Assembly: GCA_964016885.1 (NCBI GenBank)
Contig: OZ024742.1
Coordinates: 23,188,001-23,252,000, forward strand
DNA from: Eledone cirrhosa
Lineage: Eukaryota
DNA: 64,000 bases
Reading direction: 5' to 3'
The first letter of the stretch is position 1, and every line of letters starts with the position of its first letter. Position numbers and translations under genes: made by a program. Of the stretch, positions 1-12,597 are shown one piece after another. The notes beneath the pieces were generated by a model. The model was not told the DNA's origin. It was given only the letters and a program-made list of their open reading frames with translations, and did not search any database.

Positions 1-2
1 AT

Positions 3-1585
3 ACTATCAACATCGGTGACAACAAGAATAACAACAATAATAACAACAATAATGACAACACCACCAATACGGATTCCACAAAGAAACCAAAAATCTCCTT
101 TGCAGAGAAAGTTCAAAAGAAGGAAGAATTGATATATCTGGACATAACAAATGCTGAACAACGTTTAAAGGACGCTAAGAGATATGTCACTTTCGAAAAA
201 AATGGTGCTTTCAGCATCAATTCTCCGGTAGAAATTCGCAAGGAAACTGCTCTCAAAACGAGAGTTTTTAGGACAGTTTCCAATTCTACCCGAAAACCAG
301 TCCAATTGTCACAGAAAGAAATTGAACTGGTTTTCAAAAATTCAATGAATGATATTGCATTCATTCTAAGAAGCAAACTTTTTGGGAGTATTTCGGTACT
401 CATGAAGGATCAATTGACGGCCCAAAATTACTCTGTGTCGCCAATTGTATCCAACCTGTACAGCTTTTTCCCTACATACATGGGAAAAAGGACACAAAAG
501 ATCAGAATAACGAGTGTCACACCAAAGGTGAACATATGGTGGATACTGTGCGGCTTCATCAATTTTGATGAAGACAGAATACTGTCAGTAGGAAAGTCCC
601 CCAGAGATGTATTCAATGGGACTAGCATTGAAGTTCTGGTGCAAATGAGCCCAGAGCGAATAGCTATGATCCCGCAGCGTGTACTCCTGGACGGACTCAC
701 CTACATAAACTTTTCGGTTGAGGGTAGGCGGCCTTCATGTTACCATTGCTTTAGCAGGGGTCACCTGAGGGCTGCCAGTCCTAAATTAATGAACCAAAAA
801 AAGGCTCTTCTGCCGACACCCATCAAAACAACACAACCACCAACACCACCACCACAACAACAACACCAACACACAAAAAAAAACCACAACAAACACAGTC
901 CCACCCAACCCCACTCCACCTAAAACCACTGCAAAATCACATACAGACACAACAGCTCCCCAAGACATACCCCTCCCCAATCACACAGACGATGCAACAG
1001 ATGAGGCTATCTCGCCATCACCCAGTGAAGACGAGGGAGAACCCCATCGCTCGAAAAGAAAGAAAAGACATCACAAAAGCAAAAAACCAGCAAACACTAC
1101 CACAAACATACAACCACCAACACAAACAACAAAACACATCACAAACCAAACTCCCACCTCCTGAAAACAAAATACCTACAACAAAACGAAAGCACACACA
1201 AGAACTACAGACAAAAACAAACACAACACAAGAAAATTACACTTACACTTACATAAACACTGAAAACAAAACACTAATGGAGACCATCACGAACGACCCT
1301 TCGGTGAAAACCGAAGGGAAAACTTTCGCCCACTCTATTAAAAATAGCAAAAAACTGAACCTAAAACTGATTAGGGTCCCTATACAAACTTATAGGTCCC
1401 TAAAAGAAACATTTGAGAAGGATGTGGGGAATTCCTGCGTGAAACCACTCAACCGCGTCCTTCTCAAATGCCTCCCCACCCCAGACACCCCCATCCCACC
1501 AGACCCCACCCTACGAAACATCTGCGTCCCCACCCCGCCGGAAACCACCACCCATCCAGACAACACCTCCAACACCCCCATGTAA
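3..1585 (+). pseudogene. LINE ORF1 (gag-like nucleic-acid-binding protein), frameshifted
   Basis: The frame of ORF 129..923 is open from base 3 (TINIGDNKNNN...ISFAEKVQKKEE). It contains a degenerate knuckle CYHCFSRGHLRAASP and a Pro/Thr/Gln-rich linker. A frameshift, probably in the A-run near 875, leads into ORF 992..1585, which stops 72 nt before ORF2. Confidence 0.75.
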
Positions 1586-1657
1586 ATCGTGCGGCCTGGT
1601 CCCCAGGAGGCGAAGGGTGAGTGATCTTTTTTCCTCTTTTAACTTTTCAGCACCAAC

Positions 1658-4600
1658 ATGGCCAATATAAGAGTTGGATGTGTGAACGTACGCGGCCTGG
1701 GGATGCCCTGGAAACAGGGCAAACTCTTAAACGACCTCAGGTCGCACAGTATGGATGTGGTAGCCATTTGCGAGTCCAGGATCCACGGCGAGCGACAGCT
1801 GGCCCCTTCTTCAATGACTTTGAGATCTACGCATCTCTCTGTCAACTGGGGGGTGGGGCCGAAGTTGCCATTTTCCTGCGGAAACACCTGGGCCACGTAA
1901 CACAGACGGTACATCTGGCCCCGGAGGGTCGACTGGTGGTCCTAGACGTTGACGGTAGTGAAGGTGGAGCCTTCAGGCTGGTGGCCGCATATGCCCAATC
2001 CGGGACACCACGGCCAGCCTTCTTCAAACGTCTAGAGACTTTTCTGGGACCGTCCCACTCCTTGCTTTTAGTGGGGGACTGGAATAGAATCCTAGATGCA
2101 CGTTGGGACTATGTGGGAGCATGTCCCGATAAATGGGGGTGTAACAGCCTCAAACAGTTAATCGACCGATTTGACCTGGCCGATAGATATCGACTAGATT
2201 TTCCGACTGCGCCACTGTGGACGTGGAGTAATCGTCGCGGAACATCTAGATCGTACCTAGATAGGGTTCTAGTTAGAAATAAGGATAGGGACATGTTAAG
2301 CTGTCCACAAATGTTCATGGTTGCCTATTCAGATCACAAACTAGTGACCTGCATGGCCAACCTTCATAGAACCCATAGACAAGGACCCGGCTACTGGAAG
2401 CTGAACTTGTCGTTACCGACAAGCAAAGCCTACAGTAGACGGATTAGCACTTTAGTTAAACAGCACTTCACACAGGCCAATATCAACAACAGATGGTGGT
2501 ACTCTCTCAAGAGGGCAGTTAGATTAGACTCGATAGTTTTTAGTAAAGAATTAGCGTTAGATAGAAATAAAACCGAGAAGGAACTGGTAGATAAAGTAGA
2601 AGAGGCATTTAGGAGTGGCAACGTAGCCAGCGTGCTAGCAACGAGAACGGCCATGGACCAGTTCTTCGACGCAAAGCACGAGGGCTGCGTTGTCAGAAGC
2701 AAAATACGTGCTCAGGGAAACGAGGGAGCCAAAGCTGTTAGCTGGGACCGAGTGATGGACGCAAAAAGTGGCAACAAGTCCACGATTCGGTCTTTGAAAG
2801 ACCAAAACGGACGCGTGAAACGTGAGCCGAAGCAGATGTGTGCGGCTTTTCAGCGGCATTTTGCTCGGCTGTTCGGGGGGGAGGGGCGTCTGGTGAGGCT
2901 ATGGATTTCGGTCCATACCTCGACGGCCTACCGCGACTCTCGGACAGCGAGGCAAAGTTCTGCGAAAAGCCGATTTCAGCCACTGAGATAGGGGACGCGC
3001 TGAGCCAATGCGGCAAACGCAAATCTCCAGGTCTCGACGGTCTACCCTACGAATTTTACGTAGTAATGCCGGACTTATTCTCCAGTCTCCTGGAAGCGGT
3101 CTACTGCAACTGACAACAGAACGGGAGAATTCCCAGTTCAGTAACCGGTGGCGTGGTCACACTAATCAGAAAGGACGAGAATAAGGGGGGTGACATAGGC
3201 AACTTCCGGCCCATAACTCTGCTAAACACAGAGTTACAGATTTTGGCCAAGGTGTTGGCAAAGAGGCTGGCGCTTGTCGTCGAGAACCTGGTGGGAAATC
3301 GGAGACATGCGCAATCCCGACCAGGTCCATACACGACAACCTCCACCTCATGCGATACATCATAGAGAGGGTGGGGTGTAAACCCGGCTTAGGTGGGGCC
3401 CTGATCAACTTGGATCAGTGTAAGGCTTTCGATAGGGTTGACCATCGTTACCTGGATGCGGTGCTCGAGGCGGCAGGCTTCGGACCCGTGTTCAGGGGCT
3501 GGATTGCTGCAATGTACAACAGCAACATCTGCTCAAGGGTCAAGGTGAACGGTTACCTCTCGGAGCCGTTCCATATTACGCGATCCATTCGACAGGGATG
3601 CCCTCTCTCCTCCCTTCTGTACGTACTGACTCTCGAGCCACTACTGCGGAAGCTGGAGCTATTGCAAGGCATCCCTATGGAACCGGGACTGAAAAAGCGG
3701 CGTCGGACTACGCCGACGACGTGACAGTAATGGTGTCGAGCGCCTCGCAAATCGAGGAAGTCGGCATCTTACTGAAGGAATACGAAAGTCTCACAGGAGC
3801 GAAACTGAACCGGGACAAGTCCATCGGTTTGCAACTCGGATCGTGGAGAGGCAAACCGATGCCTTCCGATGGCGTCGTCGGACGCTGGACGGAAAGACCG
3901 GTAAAGCTGCTCGGGGTCTGGTTTTGTCCGGACCTCCAGGTGTAGAAGAACTGGAACGAAGTGACGGCCAAGGTGTTTGCACTCACCCAGAAGTGGGCCG
4001 AGTGCAAACTATCCTTGAAAGGTCGAGCGGAGGTGGCGAACGCTTTTATAGCGTCCGCCATCTACTACCGCTTGACCGTCGTGCCTTGTCCAGCCAAAAC
4101 GCTCGCCAAAATGGAGCGCGCGCTCTTCCGATTCCTTTGGAAGAGGCGGGCTCCTTTGGTGAGAAGATCCATCTGCTGCCAACACCCTTCTAACGGAGGG
4201 CTGGGGATGCCGTGGTTGACGATGCGCAAACACGCGCTCAGGCTGCGGCATCTCTACGTATTCCTCACCGGACAACCGGTGTGGGCCCCGTTCGTGAGGC
4301 GAGCCTTCCCACGACTCGTCTCGCTGACCGAGCTGCAGTCCTGGGTCAAGCAAAGACCGAGTAAAATGGGCGACTGGCACATCGAATGTGCTCAGGCGCT
4401 CACAGCCCTCTGGCAGGCGGACCCGGCGATCAGTGGAGACTCCACTTCGTCATTCTATAGAGGGTTGGTCCGCAGCAAGTGCGACGACGCGCTCGGTGAA
4501 ACTCTAGGCGTAGAGGAAGATGAACTGGCCAGTCTGTTCGGTAGGACCTTCCGCCCGGGACCGATGGACAACTTCCAAAAGTCCCTGGCCTGGCAGTGCT

Positions 4601-5065
4601 ACCGAGGAGCTCTACCAGTTCGGGACAAGCTCTACAGACATGGGCGCCCGGGCAGGGACCCTGCAAAAAAGATCTGTCCGAGTGCGTGCGAGACGAAGAA
4701 ACCGTCGCGCACGCATTCATACACTGCCCGGGCGTCAACGACCTGTGGGCTATGTAGAACGACTATTGTCGCGGGTGGGACCAATCCGGTTGACCACCGA
4801 GTCCATTGTCATGATCAAACCGCCACCCTCCTTCCTTTGTGTGATAGCTATGGCGAAAGAGGTTGTATCGTGGACAAGGTTGAAAGGTCTGAGGTCAGAC
4901 ACCTTTCTCTCCGGCCAACAACTGATTCTTTTTTTCAAATACCACTTTGGAAGAAGAATCAGGATGGAGAGAGAGGTGCTGTACCCCAGCAAGTTTTATG
5001 AAAGGTGGGTGAAAGTGGCGAGAATGGCCCGAGTAAATGGGCCTTCTCTCTATATCAGCCTGTAG
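1658..5065 (+). pseudogene. LINE ORF2: AP endonuclease + reverse transcriptase + C-terminal zinc finger, multiply disrupted
   Basis: APE motifs: MANIRVGCVNVRGL, LVGDWN, SYLDRV, SDHK, GYWKLN. RT motifs: KSPGLDG, FRPITLLN, LDQCKAFDRVDH, RQGCPLS, YADDVTV. A frameshifted CPxC..EETVAHAFIHC lies near 4675-4730. Several frameshifts, plus in-frame stops at 3111-3113 and 3943-3945. Confidence 0.93.
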
Positions 5066-5303
5066 GTTGAGGAAAATGAGGAGGAGAGGAAAGGAGTACA
5101 AACTCTTCGTACTCCTGGAGATGAGGGTTGCACATTTTTTTTCGGGGGTATGTGTTACCCATATAAACTGTCTCCCTCTATTGGGGAAAATCGACTAACT
5201 TTTTAAATTCTATTTGTGATAACATTTTACACGTTTTTATTGTATGTAAACTTCCCCCTTTGTATTTGTCACCTTCTTTTGTGCCCCTGTGGCTAATAAA
5301 GAA

Positions 5304-5535
<232 letters not shown>

Positions 5536-5536
5536 A

Positions 5537-5602
5537 GCCGGTTTCAATCGGGGGTAACCACAGGAAGTAAGGTACTCAATACATAGCAGAGTATACATTT
5601 AT
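5537..5602 (-). mobile_element. Short terminus of a microsatellite-associated repeat family (related copy at ~39925-39990)
   Basis: ggtttcaatcgggggtaaccacaggaagtaaggtactcaatacatagcagagtata closely matches 39928-39983, which continues into an HHR-like palindrome. Confidence 0.65.
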
Positions 5603-6980
5603 ATATTATATCTCTATATAAATATATCCATCTATTTATCTTTCTATTATCTATCTATCTCTATATTAATCTATCTATTTATATATCTGTCCATCTATCA
5701 ATTATTTATCTATCTATCTATATTTCTCTCTGTTTTTCAGGCTCTTTCACTCTCTCTCCCCCTTTCTCTATTTGTGAATATATGCTATTAAGTATACACA
5801 CACATAATTACTAGTTATTCGTTACTTAGAAAAGTTCTTTCGCCACACATTATTTGTCTACTTCAATGATTATTGGTTCTCTGTTGTGCCTGGCAAGAAG
5901 GAATAACAGATTCATACCGGAAAGAATATAACCCGAGTGTGTTTTATATTTTATTCTTAATTCAGCCGGAGATTTACATTCCCATTTGCCCTTTAAAGCA
6001 TAACATTCCGTATTTACTACGGTTACGAAATGCGGTTTCTTATTCAGGTACAACCTCTGATTTTAGCCTAAGAAAATATCTATATGCGTGTGTAATTTAT
6101 ACACGCAAATATTTATTTTTTTAATTTCAATTGAGTTCTTAACACGTTGGATTGATAATGTTTTCGAAAAAACTGATTAACCCGCGTGTATATTATATTT
6201 TTTCTCCTTTCGTGGATCGTAGTTGTCTCCCCTTCCCGCTTAGTGACGCTATAATACTTCCTCAGTCAAAAACTGCTGGAATTTCAAATTTGCCGGTCAT
6301 TCGATGCGTGAAGGAGCAACTTAACAGACACGATTTTTAACTGCGGTAAGAATTTGTTTCTTATATCAAAGTTTAATGGGCTTCCACTGATGATTTATAA
6401 ACGCCCACCTAAATGTATTCTTACATGAATGTATATTAGGCTTCTACATAAACTGGAAATATTCTCCGAATTTGTATAAAACTTATAATGAAACAATTGT
6501 TTGGAAAGAGAGATATATTTTAACTTTAATTATATCTCACAAAATAATACAACTGGCTTTTCCACATAATACATATTGTTAGCACCCCAAACACTTAAAT
6601 TGGGTTTATATTAAAATATAACCTAATGTTTGTTGAGTGAGATGGTTACCAGTCAGAGATTAGCTTTAAACTATCTCTGTTATTGTATTAATATATATAT
6701 ATATATATATATGAACGGAAAAAATGAAACGAAATATCATTCCTCACTCTTAGTATGGCTGTTACTTAAATATAAGTATGTATAAGTACTTACATGTATG
6801 TATACAGACGTACAGTAGTATGTTTATATATATATACATGCACACATATATATATATGTACGTATGGATTCACCGAACATTTATGATAATGCTCGGTGTG
6901 TTTGTAAACAAACATCCCGAATTAAGCCGTACAGTGTCTAGTAACAATCGTTGCCCTTTTGTTCACACACTGACAAAGGA

Positions 6981-7023
6981 ACGCTGTACTAGTTTCAAGC
7001 TTATTAGCTATCGTCAGCAACGT
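6981..7023 (-). ncRNA. Type I hammerhead ribozyme, intact core (family A)
   Basis: Minus strand reads acgttg CTGACGA t-agct-aata-agct-t GAAA ctag TA cagcgt. Stem I acgttg/cagcgt, stem II agct/agct, palindromic minimal stem III (ACTAGT), GUA cleavage triplet. Confidence 0.88.
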
Positions 7024-7306
7024 ATACCTTCCTGCCAGGTGGTGGAACGTCTGAAAGTATATACTTTCCTTATGCATATTAACGGCTGAGCAGCCTAATT
7101 TGCATATCGTATACATACTTATATTTATATTTAAGTAACAGCCGTACGAAGAGTGAGAAATAAAATTTCGTTTCATTTTTTCCGTTTATCGTTTTCGGTA
7201 CACCGGCCGATTAACTCACTCGATATGCAAATTCGGCTGCTCAGCCGTTAATATGCATAAGGAAAGTGTATACTTTCAGACGTTCAACCCTCTGACAGGA
7301 AGGTAT

Positions 7307-7349
7307 ACGTTGCTGACGATAGCTAATAAGTTTGAAATTAGTACAGCGT
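7307..7349 (+). ncRNA. Type I hammerhead ribozyme (family A), core intact, stem variants
   Basis: acgttg CTGACGA tagctaataagttt GAAA ttag TA cagcgt. Confidence 0.8.
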
Positions 7350-7749
7350 TCCGTTGTCAGTGTTGAACATAAGGGCACCGATTGTTGCTAGATGCTGTAC
7401 GGCTTAATTCGGGATGTTTGTTTACAAACACACCGAGCATTATAATAAATGTTCGGTGAATCCATACGTACATATATATATATATATATATATATGTGTG
7501 CATGTATGTATGTATATATACATACTATTGTACGTCTGTATATATATATGTATGTACGTATACATACTTATATTTAAGTAACAGCCGTACTAAGAGTGAA
7601 AAATGAAATTTCGTTTTATTTTTTCCGTTTATCGTTTTCGGTACCCCAGCCGATTAACTCACTGGATATGCAAATTAGTCTGTTCAGCCGTTAATATGCA
7701 TAAGGAAAGTATATACTTTCAGACGTTCAACCATCTGGCAGGAAGGTAT

Positions 7750-7792
7750 ACGTTGCAGACGATAGCTAATAAGCTTGAAACTAGTACAGCGT
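7750..7792 (+). ncRNA. Hammerhead ribozyme (family A), core mutated (CAGACGA)
   Basis: acgttg CAGACGA tagctaataagctt GAAA ctag TA cagcg. Confidence 0.72.
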
Positions 7793-8177
7793 TCCTTTGT
7801 CAGTGTTGAACAAAAGGGCAACGATGGTTGCTAGACACTGTACGGCTTAATTCGGGATGTTTGTTTACAAACACACCGAGCATTATAATAAATGTTCGGT
7901 GAATCCATACGTACATATATATATATATGTGTGCATGTATGTATATGTACATGCTACTGTACGTCTGTATACATATATGTATGTACGTATATATATTATA
8001 TTTAAGTAACAGCCGTACTAAGAGTGAGAAATGAATTTTTGTTTCATTTTTCCCGTTTATAGTTTTCGGTACCCCAGCCGATTAACTCACTCGATATGAA
8101 AATTAGGCTGCTCAGCCGTTAATATGCATAAGGAAATTATATACTTTCAAAAGTTCACCCATCTGGCAGGAAGTTAT

Positions 8178-8220
8178 ACATTGCTGACGATAGCTAATAT
8201 GCTTGAAACTAGCACAGCGT
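8178..8220 (+). ncRNA. Hammerhead ribozyme (family A), cleavage triplet mutated to GCA
   Basis: acattg CTGACGA tagctaatatgctt GAAA ctag CA cagcgt. Confidence 0.72.
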
Positions 8221-8623
8221 TCCTTTGTCAGTGTTGAACAAAAGGGCCACGATGGTTGCTAGACACTGTACGGCTTAATTCGGGATGTTTGTTTACAAAC
8301 ACACCGAGCATTATAATAAATGTTCGGTGAATCGAACGTACATATATATATATATATATATATATGTGTGCAAGTATGTATATATATATATATACATACT
8401 ACTGTACTTCTGTATACATATATGTATGTACGTATACATACTTATATTTAAGTAACAGCTGTACTAAGAATTTGAAATGAAATATCGTTTAATTTTTTCC
8501 GTTTATCGTTTTCGGTACCCCAGCCGATTAACTCACTGGATATGCAAATTAGGCTGCTCAGCCGTTAATATGCATAAGGAAAGTATATACTTTCAGACGT
8601 TCAACCATCTGGCAGGAAGGTAT

Positions 8624-8666
8624 ACGTTGCTTACGATAGCTAATGAACTTGAAACTAGTACAGCGT
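8624..8666 (+). ncRNA. Hammerhead ribozyme (family A), core mutated (CTTACGA)
   Basis: acgttg CTTACGA tagctaatgaactt GAAA ctag TA cagcgt. Confidence 0.68.
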
Positions 8667-8972
8667 TCCTTTGTCAGTGTTGAACAAAAGGGCAACGATG
8701 GTTGCTAGACACTGTACGGCTTAATTCGGGATATATGTTTACAAACACACCGAGCATTATAATAAATGTTCGGTGAATCGATACGTACATATATATATGT
8801 GTGCATGTATGTATATATATATATACATACTAGTGTATGTCTGTATACATATATGTATGTACGTATACATACTTATATATATATATATATATATATAAGC
8901 AGGTATACGTACATACATATATGTATACAGACGTACAGTAGTATGTATATATATATATATATATACATACAA

Positions 8973-9049
<77 letters not shown>

Positions 9050-9295
9050 ATAAATATATATGTATACTCACACACAAAATACAGAGGAGTGTCGCAGTTT
9101 GCCTGAAGCACTGCGGAACAAATGAAATAGAATTTGTTATAGAAATTTATGTCGATGCTCCTCAAATATTAAATATTACTAATACCAACAATAAATATAT
9201 TGAGATGTTAGCTTAGAAATATTTAATGAATGCTGACATTTCGAATATAATGTCCGGTTATGAAGGTGTTAACGGAACGAGTGGAACAGAGTGGA

Positions 9296-9498
<203 letters not shown>

Positions 9499-9870
9499 AT
9501 ATATATGTACATATAAATTACACAAATATCAAAGTTATGTTTAAATCATTTAATTGCTGACTATTGTTTCTTCCAAACTTTCATTTGTAGTCATCGGAAC
9601 ATTATCAGCGTTTCTACATATTATCAACCTCTTATTCAACTGAACAATCATATAGATACATATATGTTGACGTTGTGAACAACAGTTTAGTATTTCCGGG
9701 GTGTAATTATTAACATAAGGGATTTACCTAATTGGATATGTAAACAGCTATACATTGTTCTATAACTTATATCTTGTCTAGTAATGGATAGATAACAATC
9801 TAATGAGACCTTTAATATATTATGGGAGAATACACTGTATTTAAAATTAAATATAAATATATAACATTAT

Positions 9871-10042
9871 CAGTATCGGTAGAGGGTCGGACGTCATGCT
9901 TTGCAGCATAGTTACGTCCCTTTACGATCTGAGTTCAAATCCCGCCGAGGTTGACTTTGCTTTCATCCTTACGAGGTCGATAAAATAAAGTACCAGTAAT
10001 GCACTGGGTAATTGCTGGCCTTGAGCCTAAAGTAGAAACAAT
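9871..10042 (+). mobile_element. tRNA-derived SINE, family 1 (~180 bp)
   Basis: A-box-like (gg)cagtatcggtagag, B-box gagttcaaatccc, central ctttcatccttacg.ggtcgataaaataaagtacc, tail ggccttg.gcctaaagtagaaacaat. More than 12 copies in the window. Confidence 0.85.
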
Positions 10043-11036
10043 TATGTAAAATGATTAAATTGTGACACTATATAATGTCTATTAGAGCAAAGAATTTAAA
10101 TAATTTAATATAATGAGCTTGTTACCTCCCCCTACGCATAAGCTCCCCTTAATTTTGGATCTCATAATCACTTCCGGAAATTAAACCGTTAGAAAATCTC
10201 GCTGTAGCACAACTCTAATCCATGAATAAGAATACAATAAGACCAATTTACAATCCATTACTATAACTAACTAAAAACATTCAATACAAACATTAACGAA
10301 AATATAATTTAACATATGTAATGGATAGGAAATCAATAACTTTGATATTCTCAACACATACAAATTTGAACTCTACAGACACTATCATTGCATTACATCC
10401 TCCATAATTTTAATACACTAACATATTCGCTTAAAGTGCTTGTATTTTATGTAATACCTTCTCATACAGTATTTATATATGCCTAACACCTTTGCTTGTT
10501 TCCTTCTCATATATATGACTAACACATGTGCACTCTCTACACGCTTGCATATGTATTGCTAGTGCCCCCATTCTTTCTAATGCCTCTTTAATTATTAGAA
10601 TATTCTCTTGTATTATCTGTTGCATGTATTCCACTCTGTGCTTTTAATTTTAATTTGAAATGTTTGTACAATTCTCGTATAATTTATGTCGCATCCATTA
10701 CACCATGTAATTACTAAACTGTTATTCACAACATCAACATATATGTATCTATATGATTGTTCAGTTGAATAGGAGGTTAAATTATATGTACAAACATTGA
10801 TAATGCTCCGATTACTCCAAACATAAGTTTGGAAAAACAATTGTCAGCAATTAAATGATTTGAACATAACTTTGGTATTTGTGTAATTTATATTCCTGCT
10901 CTGTAAAACACCTGATGTATTTACATTGAGCTATTTCCCTTACTGGTGATAAGGTAATAATAAATTCCTGACCTTTCCTGTTTATAGTATATATATAACT
11001 ATAAATAATATCATTATTATTATTATATGTATATAT

Positions 11037-11119
<83 letters not shown>

Positions 11120-11155
11120 CGTGCGTGTGAGTGAGTGAGTGTGTGTGCTTGTGTA

Positions 11156-11212
<57 letters not shown>

Positions 11213-11547
11213 TGTGTGTGTGTGTCTAAAAATGTATACAAACTTTAATTAGTATGCTGTTGACGTATGTATACATTTTCCTGGAACACCTTTTATATAT
11301 ATGTACTTTGTACACGGAAATATAATTTTCATAATTTAAAGGAAAAACAAAAATATTGTTAGATTTACTATATATTTACCATCAACTTACTGGAAATAAA
11401 TGATAAATATAAAGTATTATTAACAGTGTTGCGTGTCCGTCTTGTCTAAAATGTCTTTTCTATCTAGAGATTTTTGTAGTTACAAATTGCGGTCTCAGAT
11501 CTAGTCCCCCGGCAGACAATTACATGTGTCATGATATATATATATAC

Positions 11548-11650
<103 letters not shown>

Positions 11651-11795
11651 TATATGTATATATATATACATGTAGAAGGTGAGTTTTATTGTAGCACAAT
11701 AAAGCAATACGCATATCGGATAAGTAGCACTCATCGGTTTATAGGACTGGAGTATAAATAATATAAAATCAAAAGATGGTTAAAAGAGTTCCAAG

Positions 11796-11866
11796 TATTT
11801 TATTATGCGCATTTCAAAAACAAATATCATCATGGGTTGATATTTGCGTTCTCATCAGATAAAATA
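11796..11866 (-). ncRNA. Type I hammerhead ribozyme (family B, PLE pseudo-LTR)
   Basis: Minus strand reads tattttat CTGATGA gaacgcaaatatca..tgatatttgttttt GAAA tgcgca TA ataaaata. Stem III is palindromic (ATGCGCAT). Confidence 0.82.
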
Positions 11867-12098
11867 GGGAGACATGATATGAAGCTTAAAAAACACTTGC
11901 GAGCAGTAAAGTGTTAAATCAACATATGAAAAATAAAATAAAATGTATATATGAGATTGGGAAAAAAGGAAAGGAAGGGGAGGAAGGAAAAGGTAAGGAA
12001 GAGGAAGAAAGAATATAATAATAAAAAAAATAATAAGGAAAGGATGACTGAGGAGGAGTATAAGAAGCAAGGATGAGAGAGGAGGAGAACATGAGTGG

Positions 12099-12129
<31 letters not shown>

Positions 12130-12597
12130 TTTAATACTGAGAAACACTGTCTTACAGAGAGAAATAAAAAAAAAACGTTGTAAGATAATACATAATTAAA
12201 AAAAAAATTTAGAAATTGAATGTTAATGAGGTTTATGAATGGTGATGCTTATAATTAAAGAAAAATGAATTAAGAATACTATTTATTTAAGGTTTATATA
12301 TTGAAGGGTTTAATAATATGTGCGAAAGGAATTTATTAAAATGTATTATTAAAATAAAATATATTAAGGAGATAAGGTGAATGAAGATAAGGTTAAATGA
12401 ATTATGAACTTAGAGGAATCAGTTAGGGTCCAAGTTTGTTTCTATGTATTGTAATAGGAACAAGTAAATAATAGGTTTAATACGAGCACGGAAGGAGAGA
12501 AGAAAGAAGAAATTCAATGAAGAAAAAATATATAACGTCAAAAAAAATATATGTTTACAAAATTTACTAATGGTAATATTAGTATAATATTAGTATA

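Larger units (their letters stand above)
1..5303 (+). mobile_element. Tx1/L1-clade non-LTR retrotransposon, near full length, inactivated; 5' end lies outside the window
   Basis: ORF1 with zinc knuckle, then ORF2 with APE endonuclease, RT and C-terminal CCHC finger. 3' UTR has AATAAA at 5295-5300 and ends directly in (ATCT)n. Confidence 0.93.
6713..8975. mobile_element. Hammerhead-bearing ~430-445 bp tandem repeat (non-LTR retrozyme-like): one minus-strand copy, four plus-strand copies and a short fold-back, within (TA)n
   Basis: Plus-strand HHR cores start at 7313, 7756, 8184 and 8630 (periods 443, 428, 446). Inverted copy at 6713-7109. No coding capacity. Both ends lie in (TA)n. Confidence 0.88.

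Noticed and set aside
1658-5065. High GC content of LINE ORF2 as evidence of horizontal transfer
   Set aside because: Coding TE sequence is commonly more GC-rich than AT-rich intergenic DNA; cannot be assessed without phylogeny.
6380-6420. CTGATGA inside a tgggc/gccca stem
   Set aside because: No properly placed GAAA or stem III.
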